Shown here one piece after another: positions 25,382 through 38,559 of a stretch of 64,000 nt of DNA. Each line of letters starts with the position of its first letter. Within the stretch, counting starts at the first letter, position 1. Location of the stretch: the NCBI RefSeq assembly GCF_006345805.1, contig NC_042998.1:106578001-106642000 (forward strand), in the 5' to 3' direction. The notes below the pieces were generated by a model that did no database searches, was not told where the DNA came from, and saw only the letters and a program-made list of their open reading frames with translations. Source of the stretch: Octopus sinensis (Eukaryota). The position numbers and the translations under genes are program-made.

Positions 25382-25588
25382 TATACACATATATATATAA
25401 ATAAATGGAGTTTAACCCAAGTGTTATTCAAATTCTTTTACTTCCGACACATGTTTCAAAGATATTACTGATATCATTCCAAAGGAATAAAATGGTGTAA
25501 AACAATGTAATCTTCTCTTAGTAACTTGGTAACTATTTATCTATTTTTTCCTTGTTAATTGTTAACAAGGGGGAAATACACCCATCTA

Positions 25589-25629
<41 letters not shown>

Positions 25630-25864
25630 GTAGGGAATATAATTCCAAACTCACAGGAAAAAATTCAATTTAGCAATTCTAAATCAAATTTCTCAATATA
25701 CAATATATATATATATAATTCAAAGAAAAACCTCTAAGCAATTCAATAATGAAAGATGTTATTCCCACCATATAGAAAACATATACTATAAAAACCTTAT
25801 TCTAAAAATCAATAAAGTACAAAAAAATAAATAGTAAATAGTTGTAAATATATATATATATATA

Positions 25865-26040
25865 CAGGGTGCATAAGATATTTGAGGACAGATTTATGTT
25901 TATTAAAAAACAGTTATATAATAACAGATAATAACTTTATCAAAAAATGCTATGAGGATAAAAATAAACCTTTTCTATAATGTTATTCAATAAAGCCACC
26001 TTCAGCTTCAACAACTGCTTCTATACAAGACCCAATCATC
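25865..26040 (-). mobile_element. Tc1/mariner (maT-like) 3' terminal fragment
   Basis: ta^cagggtgc terminus; minus translation IEAVVEAEGGFIE* parallels LEAVVEANGDFIE* of the 15382 element. Confidence 0.65.
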
Positions 26041-26360
26041 TACCTGCTTACGAAGACTAAGTCCTGGGGTCAATTTATTCAACTAATTGACCCCAGCATG
26101 GCCACAGTCAAATAACTGAAACAAGTAAAAGAATAAAAGAAGAAAAGAAGAATATATATATACATACACACACATACGTACATGCACACATAGATGCATA
26201 CATACATACACACTTATACACACACATACATGCACATGCACATAAACACACACACACATACATACATACACCACATACATACATTCACATACATATGTGC
26301 ATACACACACACACACATACATACATACATACATACATACATACATACATCTATACATAT

Positions 26361-26684
26361 ATCACGGTGATCACCGTGATCACCGTGATCGACCAGGCTA
26401 TCAGATGTTGCTACACATCGCTGGTCACAATGCGCTTCGCATTGTTTTAGCCTTCAAATGACGCCACCCCGCTGGCTAAGCGAGCAGGCTTACAGAAGAA
26501 ACAGTGAAAGAAAGTTGTGGCGAAAGAGTACAGCAGGGATCGCCACCACCCCCTGCCGGAGCCTCGTGGAACCTTTTAGGTGTTTTTGTTCAATAAACAC
26601 TCACAACACCCGGTCTGGGAATCGAAACCGCGATCCTACGACTGTGAGTCTGCTGCCCTAACCACTGGGATATTGCACCTCCAC
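26361..26684 (-). mobile_element. tRNA-derived SINE family B
   Basis: Minus head gtggaggtgcaatatcccagtggttagggcagcagactc...ggtttcgattccc (A/B-box-like); tail with a repeated gatcacggt unit. Confidence 0.85.
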
Positions 26685-26809
26685 ACATACATATATATCA
26701 TACCATATATCATTATCATCTATCAGCAGAAAGTTATGCATGAATACATATAACTCAAGCTAGAGAATATCAACAATTTTGACAAGAATAGTAGCCTCTC
26801 CTGAACCTG

Positions 26810-27312
26810 AGATAGCAACATCACATTTCGCCTAGAAAGAGATGGCTACTAAATACCTGATCAACAAGAGAGCGAAAGTTGCCTCTAAACATTGATGGTG
26901 CGATATAAAATGTTCATTGTACCATACCATTGTGAAAGATATCACTAATAACATTAACAGCTGTCCAAAAATTTCCACAAGGTACTACCTTCCTAAGAGA
27001 GATAACATTTTCACTAAAACCATTAATGAAATTTATCTGAAGAAAGATTGTCCTGATGACCATATTAAAAGCACACCTGAGCTAAAATACATCTACACCT
27101 TTAAGAATTAAAACTATTGGTGAAACATTCCAATAAAAATACCAACCTGATATCAATGCAGTAGGCCAAATTTTTATTATTCTATATGATAAAGAGGGTA
27201 AAAATTGTGCACTGTTATACAGATCAGCTGCTTGGCAGATGTGAATGTCTTGTGAAAAACTGGAAAAAAAGAACATTTATGAGGAAATAATGAGAAACTT
27301 AGAGCTCTTATA
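26810..27312 (+). mobile_element. Decayed RLE-type non-LTR retrotransposon C-terminus (R4/Dong-like)
   Basis: EMATKYLINKR..CDIKCSLYHTIVKDITNNINSCPKISTRYYLPKRDN (degenerate CCHC knuckle plus RHN-like motif), YW*NIPIK, RP, YDKEGKNC, ADVN, EKKNIY; stops and frameshifts present. Confidence 0.7.
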
Positions 27313-27879
27313 TTATAAGATAAATATTAGTGACAGAGCTAGTATTAATACCAAGAAATAATATTTATCTTCACTTAAACATAGATGTTCAATTAGAACA
27401 AACTATACTGTGGTATACTCTGATATTATATATACATTGGGAAATTATAAGGAACTTACAGATCTTATATCATGGGGATGTTGGTCTATGTAACAACAGA
27501 TTTGCACAAGAACCTAGGAATGCTCGTTTTCTCAAAGAAAGAACAAATCCAAACTGATTTGCATCCTCCAAATACAATTGATTTGTTGCAATGTGGACAT
27601 TTGTAACACATTCCAAGGATTGTCTTTGTAGAGTGAACACATGTGCACAATCACTTGTGCATATAGCATACACACACAGACACATAAATAGCAATGAAGC
27701 ACACATACACTTACATACTAAAGTGATATGCACATCAACCATGTGGAAGCAAATTTACACACACACACACACAATATGCCAAATCCCAGGAACAGTTCTG
27801 ATTTAAGCAAAAGAGCTTTGTCACTCTGTAAGTGATCAGCTAGATTTCTGCAGAGGCAAAAAGATTTACATATATATAT

Positions 27880-28088
27880 ATGTGTGGATTGTTGGCGATT
27901 TTTTTCTTCTATCTTCCTTTTTTCTTGGACTTTCCTTAGTCTCCTGTTTCTGAAGAAGAGCTTTGCTCGAAACATGAAACTAACTTCCTTTCCTTCCCTG
28001 AGCGTCTGTTAATACTTTTCATGTAACACATCCTCTCGTTTTTTACCTTCTTGTGTTTTTTCTTCGTTTTTTTACTTGGATTAATTAT
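27880..28088 (+). mobile_element. Penelope-like pseudo-LTR remnant with hammerhead motif
   Basis: 27946-27980: gttt CTGAAGA a gagc ttt gctc GAAA ca tg aaac; then ccctgagcg...ttggattaatta(TA)n as in the 52.2 kb and 63.5 kb copies. Confidence 0.7.
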
Positions 28089-28102
28089 ATATATATATAT
28101 AT

Positions 28103-28966
28103 CATCATCATCATCATCATCATCATCATTTAACGTCCGCTTTCCATGCTAGCATGGGTTGGACGGTTCAACTGGGGTCTGGGGAGCCCGAAGGCTGCAC
28201 CAGGCCAGTCAGATCTGGCAGTGTTTCTACAGCTGGATGCCCTTCCTAACGCCAACCACTCCGAGAGTGTAGTGGGTGATTTTATGTGCCACCGACACAG
28301 GTACCAGACGAGGCTGGCGAACGGTCACGCTCGGATAGTGTTTTTTATCAGCCACCAACACAGGTGCCAGACGAGGCTGGCAGATGGCCATGCTCGGATG
28401 GTGTTTTTATGTGCCACCGACACAGGTGCCAGATGAGGCTGGCGAACGGCCACGATCGATGGTGTTTGTTACGTGCCCACAGCACGGAGGCCAGTCAATG
28501 CGGTACTGGCTACCGCACGTTCAGATGGTTTTCTTGTGTGCCACCGGCACTGGTCCACAAAGATACAAATTCCATTGATGTTCTCATCTATTTTGATTTG
28601 TTTTGATTTGATTTGATTTTCACTTGCCTCAACAGGTCTTCACAAGTGTCACAAGAAGGACGGTATGCACAGGTGGACTGACTACGTCCCAGGTAGGGGC
28701 CACGGGTTATGGCCTGACTAGTCTTGCCGGGTCTTCGGATGGTGTTTTTATGTGCCACCGACACAGGTGCCAGATGAGGCTGGCGAACGGCCACGATCGG
28801 ATGGTGTTTGTTACGTGCCCACAGCACGGAGGCCAGTCGATGCGGTACTGGCTACCGGCCACGTTCGGATGGTTTTCTTGTGTGCCACCGGCACTGGTAC
28901 CACAAAGATACAATTCCATTGATGTTCATCTATTTTGATTTGTTTTGATTTGTTTTGATTTGATTT

Positions 28967-28967
<1 letters not shown>
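28103..28967 (-). mobile_element. RTE 3' end, near-identical to 2488-3764 with the same tandem junction
   Basis: Same tail and modules; junction gggtcttc|ggatgg at 28736/28737. Confidence 0.9.
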
Positions 28968-29018
<51 letters not shown>

Positions 29019-30063
29019 ATATACATGCATGCATACATACATACATAACAGACTATCCCTACCAACATTATAATAATGATGATCATCATCATCATCACCA
29101 TCACCATCACCATCATCATCCTCTGTTTAATAAACAATATGTTGAGTGTAACCCTGCAGTTAAACCATAGAAGTTTTAGTAACCTGAAATGAGCATGGAA
29201 CTGCCTAGTTTCATCTTTTATGAAAATCTCATCAGAGATTGCTTACCTCTGACTTCCAAATAGCCACAAGAAAGTAACATAGAACTATTTATTACAAGCA
29301 TATAAACAAGCTGAAGCCTGGATTTTACTAGCTAGAATATATATGTATGGAGTCACAGCAGTTGTATGTTACAATATAAACATGTTAATCAAGGCATTCC
29401 AACACATTATATTAATAACTATGTAGGTCATATATATATATGTTTATTTAACATATGGATGCATATGTTTATTTGACATATGAATACTTATTTATTTACA
29501 ATCAACATTATGTTGGTGCATAATCATTAGCTTTGTACTATTATGTAATTTTTTTATGCTTGCCATAATCTTGTTTACATTTGAGAGAGGTAAACAATCT
29601 CTGATGAGTTCTAAATAATAGATAAAACCAATTGGCTCAGTTATTCTTTCGAGATGCCAAAATATCCCAAACCCCTATAGTTTAACTATAGGGATTACTT
29701 TCACAACTATCTTCAATCATCCATTTACAGTTTGGCATGGGTTGGACAGCTTGACAGAACCTGAGTAGTTCAGAGGTTGCACCAGGTCCCATAGTCTGTT
29801 TTGGCTTGGTTTCTACAGCTAGATGCCCTTCCTAGTGCCAACCACTTCACAGAGTGTACTGGGTGGTTTTTATGAGACATCAGCACCCACAGCAATGTTT
29901 TTTATGTGGTACTTTGGTTTTAGAATTTCAATTTTGTTGTGGTGGGTAGGTCTTCTCAAGCACTGATGTGACTCTTTATATATATATATCATCATCATCA
30001 TCATCATCATCGTTTAGCGTCCGTTTTCCATGCTAGCATGGATTGGATGCTAATATATATTAT

Positions 30064-30105
<42 letters not shown>

Positions 30106-30662
30106 TATATTCTTATATACATAGTCACACATGCATGTGCACATTTACAAAGCTGAGTAGTTAAGAAGTTTACTTTACAAGCATTAGGTCTCAGGTTCAA
30201 TCCAACAGTGGAGCATTTTTGGTAAGTGTCTTCATCATAGTCTCGGCCCAATGAAAACACCATGAGTGAAACTAGGTGGATGGAAACTGTGTAGAAGCTC
30301 ATCAAATGGATAGTAATTATGATTCAAAGTAGCAGCCTTGTTACATATTGTGTCTCAGCAACTCATCTTGGCCATTATGTCAAGGGTACATATGCTTGTG
30401 GAATACTAAGACTTTAATATAACAAGATGAATAAATCCAGACATCTGATGAGGTGAATGGACTTCAAAACTTCAAGTAGCCAAACTGTTATTAAATAGAG
30501 GTAACTCCAACCAAATGTGTTGGGTGCTATTTTCTTTCAATGTGTGTGTGTAGTGTATGTGTGTATGTGTGTGTGTGTATTTGCATGTACCTACGTATGT
30601 ATGTATCTCTTTCTCCTCTCTTCTCTCTCTCTCTTTGTGTGTATTATATAAATATATATATT

Positions 30663-30721
<59 letters not shown>

Positions 30722-32088
30722 CATTTAACCCCCTTCATATATATATATATACGTATATTAATATATATATATGCGTGTGTGTGTGTGTGTATACTCAGTA
30801 TATATTTCTTGTATAATGATTTACCATTTGACAGTTTGTTTATTTGACCCCACCCTGCCTCTCTATCTCTAGTGGAAATATGGTAGCTAGATACCAACTG
30901 CACCAGAAACTAAAGAAGTGAATGTTCCATATTAGCAGCATAAAATTTCACCCAACACAAGAATTTTCTATCATCATTTGCTTCCTGTGCTATAAACTTT
31001 GTTTAAATGACAAAACAGTTTCTAATATTTCTTAAAATCCTCTTTTAAGTGAGATACAAAGGATGTATAAGGCATTACTGATTTAGCTATTTGTATTTTA
31101 CTTCTTTTCTTTGAACTTCAACAATGAGCAAAAAATATATATATACAGTAAATATGTTCATTTACACAATGAACAAAGAAAATTACTAAGCTGTTTAAAT
31201 ATAAAAAAAAGTCAGTGCAGAAACCACAAGAGACATCAAAAGAACCGAAAGCTTACCTGTCTAAGATATACCGAATATTATAAATGGAGAGAGAGAAAAA
31301 CCCTCTATTTCACTGATAGCATGTTTTGAAAGTTTTATCCTATTTCATTCATATTATTTATGTGTACGGTTTCTTTTCTTTTTAGGGGTTTCATTTACTT
31401 ACTTCTTTCTAAATAAACAAATGTGTATTTTAGATATTCTTAAATAGCTACAACTAATCATACTTTTATAGAGGTGTACAATAATCAGATTAAAGTTTTA
31501 CAAATTCATGGCTGAATCTTGGTGCCTGTTTACAGTTTATGCATGTGCATATCTATGGACACATACACTCAAACTCCATACAGACATACCTACACATACG
31601 CGCACACACACACGCAAACACAAACACACACACATGCAAACACAAACACACACACACACATATATATTATATGTTATGTAATGTGTATATACATATATAT
31701 ATGTAAATGTATTAATATATAATATATGTATATATATGTATGATAATATATATAGAATATATATAACATATTATGTATATATATATACATACATATATAT
31801 AAATGTATGTATATGCATGTATATTATTATATATATATATATATATATAATACATACACATATATATATGTATTATATATACATACATATATATAAATGT
31901 ATGTATTATATATAATAATTATATATATATTATATAATACATATACTACATTTATATATATGTATGTATATATACATACATATATATATATATAATATAT
32001 ATATATTTATATATAGATATATATCTTATATATAATATAATATATATATATAACATATATATAAATGTATGTATATGTATGTATATAG

Positions 32089-32115
<27 letters not shown>

Positions 32116-32119
<4 letters not shown>

Positions 32120-32595
32120 TAGTTATCGCCATACTAATATGGCATTCTTTTAAAATAGAATAAAGCTGTCCGCTTATTAGTTCCATGAGGCCATCGCCTT
32201 AAGTTAGCTATTTGATACACAAACTGTATCCATATAACCTTTGAACAGGGAGGTCAGTCGCTCCACACTACTTGGCCGGCACTACAGACGCGTTTATTGA
32301 AAACAATGGATGTATTCCACCGAAGCTAGGTAAATAAAACCTTTGAACAGAGATTGTCAGAAGCGACACCTACTGGTCTGGCTACGCTGCATTGAAAAGG
32401 GCAATACCCCGAAACGCGTCTGTAGGTGCCGGCCAAGTAGTGTGGAGCGACTGACCTCCCTTGTTCAAAGGTTATATGGATACAGTTTGTGTATCAAATA
32501 GCTAACTTAAGGCGATGGCCTCATGGAGCTAATAAGCGGACAGCTTTATTCTTATTTTTATAAGAATGCCATATTAGTATGGCGATAACTAATAT
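32116..32595. repeat. Long inverted repeat (~180-bp arms, ~115-bp spacer), Penelope-like
   Basis: 32116-32295 is the reverse complement of 32412-32595 with few differences. Confidence 0.95.
32387..32425 (+). ncRNA. Minimal type-I hammerhead ribozyme candidate (U3-A8 variant)
   Basis: ctgca TTGAAAA ggg caatac ccc GAAA cgcg TC tgtag: 5-bp stem I, 3-bp stem II, palindromic stem III (acgcgt), GUC cleavage triplet. Confidence 0.75.
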
Positions 32596-32859
32596 TTTCC
32601 GGGAACGCTGCCGTTGTTCTCTTTTAGAGAGACTTAGTAATTTTAATATTTCTATTATATATATATATATTATATATATATATATAAACCTATACATACA
32701 TTTATATATATGTATGTAGATATACATACATATATATATGTATATGTATATTATATATATATATATAATATATATATATATATACCCAACCCATGCTAGC
32801 ATGGAGAACGGACGTTAAACGATGATGATGATGATGATGATATATATATGTTATTAATT

Positions 32860-33307
32860 TTTTACCCCTTTTCTTGTTTCAGCCCTTACACTCTGGCCAT
32901 GCTAGCGCACTGCCATGAAGAGTTTTTAATTGAGCAAACCAATCCCAGTAATTTGTGTTTTTTTTCTTTGTAAGCCTGGTACTTATTCTACCTTCCTCTT
33001 TTGCCTAACTGGTAAGTTACAGGGACATAAACAAACCAGCACCAGTTATCAAGCAATGGTGATGTATAAACAAAGACATGCACACACACACTTGTGTGTG
33101 TGTGTGTGTCTGTGTGTTTCTTTGTGTATGTGTCTATATATACAACTGGCTTCCTTCAGTTTCCATCTGCCAAATCCACTCACAAGGCTTTGGACAGCCA
33201 ACACCTAAAGTAGAAGACACACAGCCTGAGGTGCCATGCAGGGGGATTGAACCTGGAACAATGCGGTTGGGAAGCAAGCTTCTTACAACACAGCCACACT
33301 TGCGCCT
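32860..33307 (-). mobile_element. SINE family A, full length
   Basis: Reverse complement of the 24735 copy; head ends cagccacacttgcgcct. Confidence 0.8.
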
Positions 33308-33352
33308 ATATATATATATACACACACACACATATATATGTATATATATATA

Positions 33353-33688
33353 CTAGCAGTATCGCCCGGCGTTGCTCAGGTTTGTAAGGGAAATAACTGG
33401 AAAAAAATGATGGTAAATTTTTTTTTTAGTTAAAAAAGGTGGAGTTGCGTCCCCTAGACAGTTTGCGGTTTGGTTTCTGATTCTCGACCCCATGTCGAAT
33501 TTATCGATTTTTTTCAGAACTGGGGGAACTTTTCAAAATTTTCCCTGCGTTAGTTTGAATTATGACATTGGGCTATGTGTGTGTCAAGTTTCATCAGAAT
33601 CGGTTGAAAGCCGTGGTCAGGGTGAGGGTACAAGCAAACAGACACACAGAAACACGCACAGACAAACTGCCGTTTATATAGAGAGAGA
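33353..33688 (-). mobile_element. Non-autonomous Helitron
   Basis: Minus 5' A^TCtctctctatataaac; 3' cctgagcaacgccggg hairpin then CTAG^T. Confidence 0.8.
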
Positions 33689-34368
33689 TATATAAACACA
33701 CACACATATATATGTATAAAATTAATAAACATGAAAACTGGAAAAAATTAAACATCTTACTGAATCTGATGATATTTTTATAACAAATCATACCATGACT
33801 ATTGAGGAGGCCAAACATCAACAATGTGTTGAAGTACTGAATCAAAAGGATCTAATTCACTCTGTTGTCGCCACATTAACTTGATTTTTTAGTGGGGAGA
33901 TAACCCAGATTTTAATGGCAATTTTTTAATGGGGGTGAGATGACCAAGGGTTACCATAGCTATATATCTTCTATCTATTATTGTTACATGTATATTTGTG
34001 TATCTATGCCTATATATGTATGTACATCCTGTCAATGTATGCATATTCCTCTTCAGACTGATAGTGACAAACTAACGAAATAGCTACAAAGGGCAATCAA
34101 ATTTCCCTCAAACTATATAGCCTTAAGAAAATGGCAAAAAGTAACATTTCATGTTGGAGCACCAGATACCAACTAAAAAGCAAAACAAAAAAAAAAACTG
34201 GATTGTCACAACTTGAATACTTTTGATCATCTAGCTGCTTGGTTATGCTTGACCTGGGGCTAAACGACAACAGAGGCTGTTCCAAGATGGTCACAGCTGT
34301 GAAAAATTATAGAATAATCTCTCTCACACACATACACACACATCTGTATGTGTGTATGTGTGTGTGTT

Positions 34369-34452
<84 letters not shown>

Positions 34453-34560
34453 GCACATATACACATATACATATACACATATATGTATATATACACACAC
34501 ACACACATATATATATACATATACATCCATAGACATACGTACACACACACACACACACAT

Positions 34561-35072
34561 AGAGGTAGACCCAGGAAGACATGGGATGAGGTGGCAAAGC
34601 ATGGCCTTTGAACATTGGGCCTCACAGAGGCAATGACAGGCGACCAGGACCTTTGGAGATATGCTGTGATTAAGAAGACCTGGCAACTAATGTGAGATCG
34701 CAGCTATGCATGTCCAGCCCTTATGCATCGGGCGATATGATATGCTTGAGAAGACCTGTTGAGTCAAATAAAACCAATATTGTAGCTGTGGCCAGTGCCC
34801 CTTGACTGGCTTCTGTGCCAGTGGCATGTAAAAAGCACCATCCGAACATGGTCGATGCCAAGTCTGCCTGACTGGCTCCCATATCAGTGGCACGTAAAAA
34901 GCACCAACCGAACGTGGCTGATGCCAGTACCCCTAGACTGGCTTCCATGCTGGTGGTATGTAAAAAGCACCATCTGAATGTGATCTGACTGGCTCTTGTG
35001 CATGTGGCACATAAAAAGCACCCACTACACTCTCTGAGTGGTTGTTGTTAGGAAGGGCATCCAGCTGTAGGA
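34561..35072 (+). mobile_element. RTE LINE ORF end plus 3' UTR modules
   Basis: [39 protein letters not shown] followed by gtggcacgtaaaaagcacc modules and gttaggaagggcatccagctgtag; links the modules to the RTE 3' UTR. Confidence 0.85.
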
Positions 35073-35159
35073 TTTATGGTGTGCCCCCCCCCCCCCCCGT
35101 AACAAAAAAAGTTTTTTTATTTCACTATTGTTTTTAAATTATGTTTCATTTTCTGTTTG

Positions 35160-36854
35160 AGGATCTTTTCATTTCCAAGGCCTGTTTTTTCGGATTTTTC
35201 CTACTTAACCAAACAATTTGAAACTTCGTATACTGGTAGAATGTGTCAGAAGAAAACATAATTGTAAACCAGAATGAAAACAGAATTGTAATTTCAAAGT
35301 TTAACGTTGTTTAATAATTAGAATTTTAACCAATGGTATTCGGTCTTTCGGCTTCATATTATTTACTCCGTCTCAATAGACGTAAATGGCTATTTTGCTG
35401 ACGTATTTAACATACGTGAAATGTAAACACCCGGTTACCGTATTCCTTCAGTTTCTATTCACATTTTTTTAATATATTATTAACTAACTTATATATTAAA
35501 CTTATATATTACTAGCAGTATCGCCCGGCGTTGCTCGGGTTTGTAAGGGAAATAACTATATAAGCATTTTTAGAGAGTTACTTCCCTTATAGATGCCAAT
35601 TCGGGCTTTCTTAGCCATTTCTGTTTTGGTGTCTTCAAGCCATGAAGTCGTTGTTCTAAAAGAACGCTGGTCTCCTTGACAACGCATTACGACATTGATT
35701 TCTTTACACTCCCTTCCCCACCGCTTCACGAGGGAGGGAAGGGGGAGAAGCAAACAGGTGCAGCTGTGAGCATGGACGCCAACTCCGCCGCCATCGACAC
35801 ATGAAAAATTATACATTAAAATGGAGTAAAAAATGATGTTAAATTATTTTTAAAATCGTAGACTCATCGTTGACGCGCGCTAATAGCCAGACGGGCTCGA
35901 TATGAATCACGACTATAAGATACCCGAATTTGGTTAAACTGCACTACAAAATGTGGGAGGAGTTAGGAATCTAAATCGAAGGGGACAGACACTCACACAA
36001 CTAGAGTTTTATATATATAGATATAACTAACTTAGTTTTTGTAAATTTTCGTATATTTTTTGTGATTTTTATTCCTTACTTTATTCGTGTAACTTTTATT
36101 TCTGTAACTTTTTATCTTTGGCAATCTTTCGTATGTGTGTGTATGTATGTGTGTGTTTGTATGTATGTATGGCCGATTCAGTGTTTACATTATTTCGAGT
36201 TAAGATTACCTTTGCTATGTAGAAAATAATGAGGTTGACTCAATGGAATAATGACAGTGATCGAAGATATAGACAAAATTTTTTTTGGTAATCTTTCGTT
36301 TTAACTCGAAATAATGTAAACACTGAATCGGCCATACATACATACACACAGACACATACATACACACACATACATACACACACACACACATACATAGATA
36401 CATACACACACACACACACACATACATGCATACATACATATACACATACACAGAGTAAAAAATTTCAGTTATCTCTCTCTTTCACACATTACTCTCTCTG
36501 TCTCTTCACACACACTAACAGAAGTACTTCACTTACACAACATACTTTCTGTCTCCCACACCCCATCAAACACACACACAAAACACAGACCTACGCACAG
36601 CTGTCTACGTCACAAAATAGCTTTCTACGTCACACTAAGATAATGCAGTTAATTATTTCAAATGAAAACAAACAATACGATTGGTTAAAATTCGCAGATT
36701 TAATCTACCCTTAAAGTTATAAAATACATTTTTCTCAAATAAACAAGTTGAAACTAGTGTTTTCTTTTGAGACACTCTACCAGTATACGAAGTTTCAAAT
36801 TATTAGTTAACTAGAAAAATCTGACAAAACAGGCCTTGGAAATGAAAAGATCCC
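35160..36854. mobile_element. Non-autonomous DNA transposon with ~100-bp TIRs
   Basis: ggatcttttcatttccaaggcctgtttt...aatttgaaacttcgtatactggtaga is inverted at about 36760-36854; no ORF; superfamily unresolved. Confidence 0.8.
35512..36021 (-). mobile_element. Non-autonomous Helitron nested in the TIR element
   Basis: Minus 5' A^TCtatatatataaaac; 3' cccgagcaacgccggg hairpin then CTAG^T; 3' ~45 bp shared with the 33353 copy. Confidence 0.85.
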
Positions 36855-37521
36855 TGTTGGATAATAAAGTCAGTGGGTATTTTATTGGAGATCACCAATT
36901 TCCAAAATGTATTTTCTTTTTAACCTTCAAAGCTTCTCCCAAAATTTTAAGTGTGTAGTGCAAAATAAAAATATAGACTAAATTTGGAACTTAGCGGAGA
37001 AGTGGGTGAAAAAATTCATAATTTTTCAATTTTTTTTTATTGAGAATATATATCAACCAATAGGAGTAGTGAGGATGAAATGGGTGGGTGGGTAGTTGGT
37101 TACGGTGACATGGGTTGTTTAATGATTGACATGAGGAGAAAAGTATTGTTAAGAGGTTAGGAGTAGTCATAAAGCACATTGAAAGGAGGTCAGTCATATA
37201 CTCTGACACTGACGGAGCAGAGACAAGAAACAGGACAAGAGGCTTAGGGGCAGTAGAGAAATAGATAAGGGGATATTAAGAGCCACGTTCTTTAGGGGTT
37301 ATAAATCACTAAGACCCAGATAATGCCTGGAGATGAGTTGTTGGGGACAGGAAGTAGGTGGGTAGCATCTGCTTGTAATATCTGGTATGACAACCGTGTT
37401 ACACACAAAGATACATCCATGTATGTACAGACATATACGCTCGCACACACACACATAAATAAAGAGTACCAAGGAATTTGAATCTGAAACTGTTTGAGTG
37501 AATTTGAATTTGAAACTGTTT

Positions 37522-37567
<46 letters not shown>

Positions 37568-37814
37568 TATATATATATAAAAGTAAAAACTTACTGGGTA
37601 CAAGCCTGTGTGGCATTTGATTATGAATTAAATAAATATAAAATACATCAAGTACAGGTCATCACCAACAAGAGAATAAGTACAGAACAAAATAAAAAAA
37701 TATGTACACACATAATGAGAGACAAGTATGGGACAAAATACCAAAAGAGGTCTAACCCCTCCCCAGTTGTCGACTGTTAATTACTCCCTGTTTCGAGCTT
37801 TCAACAAAATACCT

Positions 37815-38353
37815 AAAAAGTGATGGTTCAAGAAAGTTGGTTAAAATTTATGGTAACTTGAATAGTGCCGAATACATCCAGTTGCGGAAGGACAATTTGA
37901 TACCAGACTTAGATGAAGGTGAGATTTTTCAGCATGATGGAGCTCAATGCCACACATCGTGTGCAACACAACAGTCTGGCTGATGAAGGTGTTACCATAT
38001 TGAAAGATTGGCCAGCTCAGAGCCCTGACTTAAGTATCATCAAGCAAATGTGAGCAGAACTAAAGAGAAGAGTTCTTCAGAAAAATCCACGCAATCTTGA
38101 AGAGTTATGGAAGCTCAGCCAGAGAGAATAGCATCTCATACTTGTGAAGATAGTGAAGGATTTGTACGCATCTCTTCCCAGGTGCATTGAAGCAATCATT
38201 CAAGCTAAGGGAAGCCACACGAAATATTAACAACATACAGTAACTTCTTGAAATGAACATTATGTAATAAATTTTCATTATAGACATTTTTCTGTTAGCA
38301 ACACTGTATCTTGATTGGTTTATGTGAGGTGGCCGAAAACTTTTGAACGGTCA
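37815..38353 (+). mobile_element. Tc1 (DD34E) 3' fragment, a different family
   Basis: GNLNSAEYIQL..DNLIP..EIFQHDGAQCHTS..DWPAQSPDLSII..IEAIIQAKGSHTKY*; TIR-like gtggccgaaaacttttgaacgg. Confidence 0.85.
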
Positions 38354-38559
38354 TTTTTGGTGGTCATCTCACATCTTCCCCGCTCATTCAGAATCCCTAC
38401 TATAAAATATAATGATTAGGTATGGAAATAACTCTAACAGGGCCAATGCTTCATCTGTAAAAGACGCAATGAGAAACATCCACTTAAAAGTTGGCAATTA
38501 ATAGAAACTTACAATAGTTAAAAGTAGCCGAAGACTTATGCACGGTACTGTATTATATG

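Noticed and set aside
26600-26684. tRNA genes (also near 22400, 52460 and 56728)
   Set aside because: tRNA-like A/B boxes continue into SINE bodies and lack a complete cloverleaf acceptor stem.
29242-31257. Minus-strand consensus splice donors (GAG|GTAAGC, CAG|GTAAGC)
   Set aside because: Such short motifs occur by chance every few kb, and the adjacent sequence has no convincing reading frame.
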